32,000 nt of DNA, taken from Candidatus Saccharimonadota bacterium. GTDB lineage: Bacteria > Patescibacteriota > Saccharimonadia > Saccharimonadales > UBA4665. The stretch spans positions 780,001 through 812,000 of the forward strand of contig CP064993.1 in NCBI GenBank assembly GCA_016699955.1, written 5' to 3'. Below the pieces are notes generated by a model. The model ran no database searches, was not told the origin of the DNA, and was given only the letters and a program-made list of their open reading frames with translations. Positions 25,228-32,000 of the stretch are shown here, in pieces. Every line of letters begins with the position of its first letter. The stretch's first letter is position 1. The position numbers and the translations under genes are program-made.

Positions 25228-25593
25228 CTATTGCAGAGTGTTTTGTATGACGTTGACAAGCTCATTTGGAGTTGCCCAGGCTTTGAGCATAAAACGTGAG
25301 GCACCGAGTCCGAGAACTTCCTCGACGTCCGATTTACTATCTAGGTTGCTAAACACGATAATTGGGATAGGACTATTTTTACCAAGTCGGCGTAGGAATT
25401 CTTTGCCGTCCATAATGGGCATAAGTAAATCAAGAAGGATAACATCTGGCGTGAAGTCACTCATGACATCGAGTGCTTCCTGTCCGTTGAAAACTGCACG
25501 AACATCATAGCCACTTTTTAACAAGATTATGCCGAAAGCGTCATTGAGCGCTGAATCATCTTCGACAAGGAGTACTTTGTGGGTTCGAGGCAT
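25228..25593 (-). CDS. Single-domain response regulator (CheY-like receiver)
   Basis: VLLVEDD...ILLDLLMP...K motifs in a 121-aa protein, 8 nt downstream of the kinase gene. Confidence 0.9.
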   Translation of the reverse strand: MPRTHKVLLVEDDSALNDAFGIILLKSGYDVRAVFNGQEALDVMSDFTPDVILLDLLMPIMDGKEFLRRLGKNSPIPIIVFSNLDSKSDVEEVLGLGASRFMLKAWATPNELVNVIQNTLQ

Positions 25594-25601
25594 GCTAAGT
25601 A

Positions 25602-27416
25602 CTATACGTTGCCGGTGTAGTTGTGTTCTGTTAGCTGGATAACAGTTTCATCACTAATCATATGTTTTGGTAGAATAAGTATGAACTCCGTCCCCCTTGG
25701 ACGACGTTGTTTTGTAGTGATTTTCCCACCATGCGCCACTGCAAGCATTTGGGCAAGATAAAGGCCAAGCCCGCTGCCGGCTTCTTTACTCGAAAGAGGG
25801 TTTTCTATGCGACTAAACTTCTTAAATAACCTACCTAGGTCTTCGCTGGCGATACCAGTCCCAGAATCGCTAACACGCAGTCGTATAGTGCCTAGCTTTT
25901 CCTGCAGGGTGATCTGCACAGTACTGTTGGGATACGAATACTTTATGGCGTTACTCACCAGATTTTCTATAATCATGCGAATAAATCGTTCATCGCCGAT
26001 AATTGTGACATTGGGGGGGACTCTGAGCTGGAAAGATATTTCTTTTGGCTTGGCTTGTTCTCGCATGGCTTCAGCAACATCGAGTACTGTGGCAGAAAGT
26101 GTAAAGCGTTCCGGCTTGAGGCTGAGTTGGCCGGCATCGGCCTTGGCGACGTAGAGCAGCTGATCAATAATCTCGAGCTGGCGGTCATTTGAGGCGTATG
26201 CTTTGTTGATTATGCTGAGTTGTTCGGGCGTTTGGTTACCAAAATAACCCTCGCGGAGCATACCAATGTATTGCTTTACACCTGTAGCGGGGGTACGTAA
26301 CTGGTGTGAAGCGAGTGCAAGCAGTTCATCGCGCGTGTTTTGGAGCTCTGAATTATGTGACTTCGTAAGTTTGTCAATACGGATTTTTAGCAAAAGGAAA
26401 GCGAAACTACCGAGCAGTATGCTTATGCCGAGCCCCCCAAAAAACAATCTTAGCGGATGTACCTGACCACTTACAATAGTCTGTGGGACATGCATGCTAA
26501 GGCGCCAGACGCGTGAGTTCACGCGCAAGGTGTCGCTAACCATATTGCCAGAGATGGCACTGCTTTTTTCGGAAGAGAACAAGCGCTGTGGTTTGCCATC
26601 GGTGACGTCATCTATGGTGTAGCTCACTCCCTTTGCTTCCGACTCTGATGCATATGGTTGTAGCATGTCAGAAACGTAGAACGCGATGTAGACGAACCCT
26701 CTAATGGATAGTCGACGGGCGTCTTGAGCCTTAGGATCTCGGCCGCCAGCATAGACTGGATAATACAAAATTCCATTTTTTGAAGCTTGGTCCGTTCGTG
26801 GTGACTGTTTAAAAAAGTCTATTGGGGCGGTGAGAGTTGTGCTACCGCTATCCGTGGCTTTGGCAATTGCTGTTCTGCGTGCCTGCTCTGAGAACATGTC
26901 ATATCCAACGGTAGCCTGGTTGTTAGAGTTATATGGTTCTATGAACGTCACCGGTACATAAAAGTTTCGTTCGCCTGCTGGTATGATTTGAAAATCAGTA
27001 AATCCGTCTGCTTGCATTTGTGCAAAGTGGGTACTTTTTTGATCATTTGTGATATAGCGCGCATAACCGAGCGCCAATATACCTGGGAATTTTGCCTTGA
27101 TACCATTGGTTTGGTAGTACGTACTCCAGTCTGCCCGGTTGATTGCATCATCTCCCTTTATGTAGGCTGCGGTAGCTCCAGCGAGAAGAATCTGTTCGTA
27201 GGCAATAAATTTGTTTTGTATGTAGGCTTCAGCGTTTTGGAGCTGTTGCCTTTCTGCTAGGGCGTAATCACGTCGATACTGCGTATCAACGATATGGATG
27301 TAAACGTATGTCGTAAAAGTGCCGAGCGCGGTAACGATAATGGCGATGACAAGGGCTGCAGTGCTGAGACGTTGTCGGTCTGCTCGTTTTACTCGCCCTA
27401 AAAAGAAGCGTTTCAT
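25602..27416 (-). CDS. Sensor histidine kinase with an extracytoplasmic CHASE-like domain
   Basis: Two TM segments flank a ~270-aa domain (FQIIPAGERNFYVPVTFIEPYNSNNQATVGYDM...RRTAIAKA). H-box SHQLRTP, and HATPase N/G boxes. Confidence 0.85.
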   Translation of the reverse strand: MKRFFLGRVKRADRQRLSTAALVIAIIVTALGTFTTYVYIHIVDTQYRRDYALAERQQLQNAEAYIQNKFIAYEQILLAGATAAYIKGDDAINRADWSTYYQTNGIKAKFPGILALGYARYITNDQKSTHFAQMQADGFTDFQIIPAGERNFYVPVTFIEPYNSNNQATVGYDMFSEQARRTAIAKATDSGSTTLTAPIDFFKQSPRTDQASKNGILYYPVYAGGRDPKAQDARRLSIRGFVYIAFYVSDMLQPYASESEAKGVSYTIDDVTDGKPQRLFSSEKSSAISGNMVSDTLRVNSRVWRLSMHVPQTIVSGQVHPLRLFFGGLGISILLGSFAFLLLKIRIDKLTKSHNSELQNTRDELLALASHQLRTPATGVKQYIGMLREGYFGNQTPEQLSIINKAYASNDRQLEIIDQLLYVAKADAGQLSLKPERFTLSATVLDVAEAMREQAKPKEISFQLRVPPNVTIIGDERFIRMIIENLVSNAIKYSYPNSTVQITLQEKLGTIRLRVSDSGTGIASEDLGRLFKKFSRIENPLSSKEAGSGLGLYLAQMLAVAHGGKITTKQRRPRGTEFILILPKHMISDETVIQLTEHNYTGNV

Positions 27417-27948
27417 GTAGCTATCCTAACAGATACCCGCCAATCGCTATGTGAGCTGGGCCACACATTGTTGGTTTGCGGGCTCATAGTTTTGATTTTA
27501 TAAGCGGCCTATTATGGAGATGTTGCCATAGAAACATTGCCACGCAGCACTTTGACAAACAGCCAAGCACTATTAACGGATCATGCGACAGGTCCTTTAG
27601 CCGGCTTACCCTTTGTCCCAAGAAATCAATGCTCTGTAGAGAAACCAGTGTAGAGCGACGCTAACAGTCTTAGCTCCACTTAAATTCTTCAGAAAGGAAC
27701 ACGATATGAAACATTTGGAACTTGAAATACGGATTGAGCGGTTTTTAAACCGAAAAACCCGTGAGTTTCCCGACATTTTTAACACTAGCTAGACTAGATA
27801 ATGACAGGGCCAGCAGCGAGCCGTTTAAACGGTCCGGTTGCTGGCTCGCGGTCAGTCAGAGATATCGGTCGGGCGCACACTACTGTGGCCGCGCTCGGCA
27901 TACTACAATAAAAAATAATTAAATTACATTATATAAAGGAAAAAAACT

Positions 27949-28200
27949 ATGAATATACTACTTTGGATCATTTTTGGAGCACTTGCTGGATGGATTGCAT
28001 CACTTATTGCCGGAACAGATGCGCGTCAGGGGGCTATTGCTAATATAATTGTTGGCATTATTGGTGCTTTTGTCGGTGGATTCCTCATGCAGCTACTTGA
28101 TAAAAGCGGCGTAACAGGGTTTAACCTCTATAGTATGTTGGTTGCCGTTCTTGGTGCAGTCGTTACGCTCTTCATTTACCGCAAACTTTCACGGAGCTAA
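27949..28200 (+). CDS. GlsB/YeaQ/YmgE-family small membrane protein (transglycosylase-associated type)
   Basis: 83 aa with three Gly-rich TM helices (WIIFGALAGWIA...IVGIIGAFVGG). Confidence 0.75.
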   Translation: MNILLWIIFGALAGWIASLIAGTDARQGAIANIIVGIIGAFVGGFLMQLLDKSGVTGFNLYSMLVAVLGAVVTLFIYRKLSRS

Positions 28201-28298
28201 GAGCACATTAGTGCACTCTGCCCGGATATCCCATCCTTAAAAAATGGCCGGGCAGTTCACCAGGTTACAATAACAAGGATAAGAAAAGGAAAAATACC

Positions 28299-28703
28299 AT
28301 GGTTCAGGAATCACAAGTCGAAGTAACCCGCGAAAGCGGTATTGATGAGGCTGGCAATGATGTGCAGTCACAACGCGTCGTTCGTCAGGAAGAAAACGCG
28401 GCCAGTAATTCAGGAGTTGCCCGAAATGTCATTTGGCTTGTTTACGGCATTGTTGCAGGGCTGCATGTTATTCGCTTTTTACTTTCGCTCCTTGGAGCGA
28501 ACGGCAACAATGGCTTTGCAAATCTGATTTACAACATAACAAACCCATTTGTTGCTCCATTTCGATCGCTGTTCAGTGTTGATACAACGGTTGGAAATGG
28601 TACCGGTCGGTTTGAGATCGAGACACTGGTCGCTCTCCTTGTCTACGGTTTAATTGCCTGGGTGCTGGTACGTATTGTTCGTATTCGTAAGGATACAGAC
28701 TGA
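28299..28703 (+). CDS. YggT-like membrane protein with an acidic N-terminal extension
   Basis: T.PF..PFR motif followed by an E.E..VALLVY helix. The assignment is tentative. Confidence 0.5.
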   Translation: MVQESQVEVTRESGIDEAGNDVQSQRVVRQEENAASNSGVARNVIWLVYGIVAGLHVIRFLLSLLGANGNNGFANLIYNITNPFVAPFRSLFSVDTTVGNGTGRFEIETLVALLVYGLIAWVLVRIVRIRKDTD

Positions 28704-28723
28704 ATAAAAGGGGCGGGTTTTGC

Positions 28724-28749
28724 CTGCTAGCGCCTGAACGCGCTAGCAG
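28724..28749 (+). terminator. Stable hairpin CTGCTAGCGC-CTGAAC-GCGCTAGCAG downstream of the YggT-like gene
   Basis: 10-bp perfect stem, with a weak T-tract after it. Confidence 0.45.
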
Positions 28750-28778
28750 TGGTGTTTACATCGAACTGAAGTTACATT

Positions 28779-28815
28779 AATATGCCCGCTGAAATTCAGC
28801 GGGCATATTTTATTG
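28779..28815 (+). terminator. Intrinsic terminator AATATGCCCGCTGAA-A-TTCAGCGGGCATATT followed by TTATT
   Basis: 15-nt perfectly complementary arms with a T-rich tail. Confidence 0.65.
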
Positions 28816-28912
28816 CCCAGAATAATCCACTTTATTCATCTTCTTAAAATCACTGTAGCCAGCATTATGTCATCACTGTAGGTGCTGATGTGCGGGTTGC
28901 ACCGGAGAACTC

Positions 28913-28947
28913 TTAACTCTAAACCCATAACTCTGTATACTGAAAGC
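28913..28947 (+). promoter_or_regulatory. Candidate promoter of purC: TTAACT-17-TATACT-6-ATG
   Basis: Hexamers read directly. There is no Shine-Dalgarno sequence in the 6-nt gap. Confidence 0.4.
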
Positions 28948-29906
28948 ATGAGTGAAAAAATTCTTGAGGGAACGAGTTTTTCGTTGCCTGGTCAACAGGC
29001 GGTGTATCACGGCAAAGTACGTGATGTCTATGACTTTGGCGACAAACTGATGATGGTAACGAGCGACCGCTATAGCGCCTTTGACCGGATTCTGGCGGTG
29101 GTCCCTAACAAGGGTGCACTACTGACGGCAACTAGCCGTTGGTGGTTCGAGCAAACAGCGCACATAGTACCGAATCATATTATTTCCTACCCCGATCCAA
29201 ACGTCAGCTACTGCCACAAATACGAAGTTATACCGCTGGAAATGGTTGTACGTGGCTACATAACGGGCGTGACAAATACATCCCTGTGGCATACCTACTC
29301 AGAAGGTCAGCGTAATTACGGTGCTTTCACTCTACCAAACGGGCTGAAAAAGAATGATAAGCTAACCGAACCAGTGCTGACGCCGACAACGAAGTTCGAA
29401 ATCCATGACCGCAACCTGACACCGGCCGAAGCGCTGACAGAAGGACTTTTGAAGGACGAAGTTTGGCAGCGCGTCAGTAACTTTGCGGTTCAGCTTTTTA
29501 CATTTGGTCAGAAAAAGCCGAAGCAAAAGGACTGCTGCTGGTCGACACTAAGTACGAGTTTGGCCTTACCCCACAAGGTGAAATTATATTGATAGATGAA
29601 ATACACACCCAGGATTCGTCGCGCTATTGGCTGGCCGAAACCTACCATCAGCGCATTGCCCAGGGCATGGAACCAGAAAACTATGACAAAGAATATTTGC
29701 GACTGTGGTTCAAGGAGCGTTTCGACCCCTACAGTGACACGCCCGCGCCAGAAGTGCCAGCCGATATAATTGCCGAGTTGGAGCGCCGCTACCTGTTTGT
29801 TTACGAAAGCCTGACAGGCGAAGTTTTTGAGCAGCCCGATACGGAAAATATTGAAAAACGGATTGAAACAAATTTGCGTCAAGCGCTGGGTCAATATGAT
29901 AGTTAA
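28948..29906 (+). pseudogene. purC: SAICAR synthase interrupted by a -1 frame change at 29512-29517 (AAAAAG)
   Basis: Frame 1 (ATG 28948) reads MSEKILEG...YHGKVRDVYDFG...SDRYSAFDR... to FGQKK and then degenerates. The -1 frame continues as AEAKGLLLVDTKYEFGLTPQGEIILIDEIHTQDSSRYW... to 29906. Confidence 0.85.
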
Positions 29907-29984
29907 GGGTTACGAGATAGGAGATAAGAATTGTGCTTTGCATAGTGCATTTCGTGCCTTAACTCACATATCCTATCCCTTAAC
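29902..29984 (+). repeat. Gene-less heptad-repeat hairpin element between purC and purB
   Basis: The purine arm TAAGGGT TACGAGA TAGGAGA TAAGAAT (29902-29930) faces the pyrimidine arm CCTTAACTCACATATCCTATCCCTTAAC (29957-29984). The terminal 8 bp GTTAAGGG/CCCTTAAC are perfect. The element abuts the purB RBS. Confidence 0.75.
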
Positions 29985-30008
29985 TTTAACCGCTAAGGAG
30001 GAAAGACG

Positions 30009-31421
30009 ATGACCTTATCACCACTAGATTTTTCACCTACCTCTGGAGACAATCGCTTTAACAGCATAGATCCGCTCGATGGTCGGTACTATGATCCCGA
30101 AATTGCCCGATATTTGTCTGAGCGCACACGTATTTTGACGCAGGCGCACGTGGAAGCTGCCCTTGCCTATGGGCTGGCTGAATTTGGGCTGTGCAGTCAG
30201 GAAATTGCCGAGCAGATAGATGCCGCGAGCCGAAAGATTAGCGTGGAGGCTGTCTCAGAAGAAGAAAAAACCACCCGTCATGACGTAAAAGCCATTGTCA
30301 ACACTATTAAAAAAGAGCTGCCCGAAACGGCGCAGCCCTATGTACATTTTGGCGCGACATCATACGACATTGTTTCAACCGCCATGAGTTTGCAGCTGCG
30401 CCGGGCGATTCGTGAGCTGGTGTTGCCGCGCCTGCAAGACTTGCAAAAAACACTGGCGCAGCTCGCGGAACGTTACGCCGAAACCGTACAAATAGGTCGC
30501 ACACACGGTCAACATGCCGTGCCAATTACATTTGGATATTTTCTGGCTACGTATGTAGAGCGGCTAGACGACAGTATACGGCATCTTGATATTTTGGCCG
30601 GCGAGCTGAAGGGTAAATTTTCTGGTGCGGTCGGTACATACAATGCTATTTCAGTGTTTGTCGATGACCCGCTAAAGTTCGAAAAAACCGTACTTGGGTT
30701 TGTCGGGCTTGAACCTGCTCCGGCTGCGACGCAAATTGTCCCAGCAGAGGGTTACATACGCCTTCTAGATGAGCTTGCAATTGCTGCCGGTGTGATGGCA
30801 AACCTATCGCACGATATGCGCAACCTACAGCGTAGTGAAATTGGTGAGGTGCGTGAAAAGTTTGAGGAAGGCCAGACGGGATCTTCGACCATGGCGCACA
30901 AGCGCAACCCATGGAACTTCGAAAACGTCATTGGCATGTGGAAACAAGTCACGGCGCAAGTTGTGAACGCGAACCTCAATATTAGCAGTGAGCACCAGCG
31001 CGACCTGACCGATTCATCGTCTGCTCGTTTCTACACGACTTCATTTGCGCTCGTTGCGTCCATGGCGAAACGGCTGCAAGAGGTGATGAGTAAGATTGAA
31101 GTTGACGAAGCGGCCATGAAGCGGAATCTTTATCTTACTAAGGGAGCAATTGCCGCCGAACCTCTGTACTTACTGCTCGAAAAGTACGGGCACACCACAG
31201 CGCACGAAGTATCCAAGGCTCTCGCCCACAAAGCAATGGAACAAAACGTACCCCTGTACGAAGTGGCATCCCAGGCGGAAACCATCGCCCCCTATTGGGC
31301 AAAATTCACCGAAAAAGAGCGCGAACTAATCCTCTCCCCAGAAATCCACTACACTGGCCTCGCAATGATGAGAGCACATAGTTTAGCAGTTCTAAATTTG
31401 ACAAACATACAACATATGTAA
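30009..31421 (+). CDS. purB: Adenylosuccinate lyase
   Basis: 470 aa, fumarate-lyase signature GSSTMAHKRNP, AAGGAGG RBS. Confidence 0.95.
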   Translation: MTLSPLDFSPTSGDNRFNSIDPLDGRYYDPEIARYLSERTRILTQAHVEAALAYGLAEFGLCSQEIAEQIDAASRKISVEAVSEEEKTTRHDVKAIVNTIKKELPETAQPYVHFGATSYDIVSTAMSLQLRRAIRELVLPRLQDLQKTLAQLAERYAETVQIGRTHGQHAVPITFGYFLATYVERLDDSIRHLDILAGELKGKFSGAVGTYNAISVFVDDPLKFEKTVLGFVGLEPAPAATQIVPAEGYIRLLDELAIAAGVMANLSHDMRNLQRSEIGEVREKFEEGQTGSSTMAHKRNPWNFENVIGMWKQVTAQVVNANLNISSEHQRDLTDSSSARFYTTSFALVASMAKRLQEVMSKIEVDEAAMKRNLYLTKGAIAAEPLYLLLEKYGHTTAHEVSKALAHKAMEQNVPLYEVASQAETIAPYWAKFTEKERELILSPEIHYTGLAMMRAHSLAVLNLTNIQHM

Positions 31422-31506
31422 TAAGATAGACAAGATTTTTAACTAAGTTTTTCAGAAAGATAACACCGCCAATATGATAGGTATTGCTCAAGAATTAGCC
31501 ACAAAT

Positions 31507-32000
31507 CCACGCATTTCGCACCTTAACCACGCATACGAGCAGCCAGCGCTAGCTGGATGCTCGGTTTTATGACCTCCCACTTTTGTTGGTACATGCTGTT
31601 TTGTATATTGTTTAGCCTGTCCTGAGATCTTCTCTTGTGTCTTTGTATCCAGGTGAGCATAGAGAGCCCAATGTGGTTTCTCTGTGCTCGGCCAGTGTTG
31701 GCCAGACAGCGAGTAAAACCACAGGTTTGTTTGAGTTCACGATGCAACACTTCGACGCTCCAACGTCTTTCAAAGTACTCTTTGACTTGGCTCCTGGATA
31801 GATCGAGCTTGCTAGTACCAATGTAATCCGTGCGACCGTGTTTGGTCACGAACCGGAATAGCTTGATCCATCCGTATCCTTTGAGGTGTACGACCAGACC
31901 TTCATCTGGTATCTCGAGGGTTTTAATCTGTACATGTGGTTTGTTGACCAAACGGTTACTACGTAACCCCATCACCCAATCCCAGCCATGAGAGCGAGTG
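31507..32000 (-). mobile_element. Insertion sequence copy 2, inverted relative to copy 1 and truncated by the window edge
   Basis: The reverse complement of 31507-32000 matches 1543-2036 except for a 4-of-6 cluster at 31622-31627. Identity stops exactly at the IR tip. Confidence 0.9.
31523..32000 (-). CDS. Transposase C-terminal part of IS copy 2 (partial, continues beyond the window)
   Basis: The protein is identical to 1391-2020 except Q to S at one residue. Confidence 0.85.
   Translation of the reverse strand, partial: TRSHGWDWVMGLRSNRLVNKPHVQIKTLEIPDEGLVVHLKGYGWIKLFRFVTKHGRTDYIGTSKLDLSRSQVKEYFERRWSVEVLHRELKQTCGFTRCLANTGRAQRNHIGLSMLTWIQRHKRRSQDRLNNIQNSMYQQKWEVIKPSIQLALAARMRG

Noticed and set aside
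27476-27664. 62-aa ORF downstream of the kinase promoter region
   Set aside because: It uses an alternative start, has no RBS, and has Cys/Arg-rich composition atypical of the neighbouring genes.
31622-31627. AGATCT (BglII) sites at the IS variant cluster and near the HAD frameshift (22445-22450) as a hint of engineering
   Set aside because: A 6-bp palindrome is expected several times in 32 kb. Nothing else suggests vector or synthetic sequence.

Overview
Gene-dense bacterial chromosomal segment, mostly housekeeping, bracketed by two inverted copies of one ~1.08-kb DDE insertion sequence (954-2036 complete; 31507-32000 cut by the window edge). Between the copies, in order: a GT2 glycosyltransferase; an RRM RNA-binding protein; and a surface-protein locus. 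That locus holds two DUF4352-type anchored proteins, an 822-aa protein with seven ~84-aa two-cysteine Ig-like repeats and a cytochrome-b5-like C-terminus, and a 5'-truncated paralogous fragment. Next come thrC, a P-loop protein, a DsbA-like/CxxC-membrane gene pair and a GH13 enzyme. Seven de novo purine genes lie in three blocks: purM-purL-[four-helix-bundle ORF]-purH, purK-purE, and purC-purB. The rest is two HAD hydrolases, a Crp/Fnr regulator, a CHASE histidine kinase with a receiver protein, and two small membrane proteins. I saw no rRNA, tRNA or CRISPR. The most interesting signal is a family of 7-nt-periodic (GAGNNNN / CTCNNNN) inverted-repeat elements tied to the pur genes. One copy encloses a 23S-IVS/Avd-type four-helix-bundle ORF between purL and purH. 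Two gene-less copies sit directly upstream of the purE and purB ribosome-binding sites. One arm is inserted in frame in the purL interdomain linker. I read these as IVS-like stem-loop cassettes embedded in mRNA; this is inference. Other notable points: purC and a HAD-like gene are each broken by a -1 frame change at an A-run ending in G. The IS transposase is also split across two frames. A 101-bp triple-hairpin terminator module is tandemly duplicated. An 84-bp block is identical between two repeats of the surface-protein gene. Three genes show a TATACT-N6-ATG arrangement suggesting leaderless transcripts. Taxon cannot be established from the sequence; the gene content is reminiscent of reduced-genome, Patescibacteria-like lineages, but that is only an impression.
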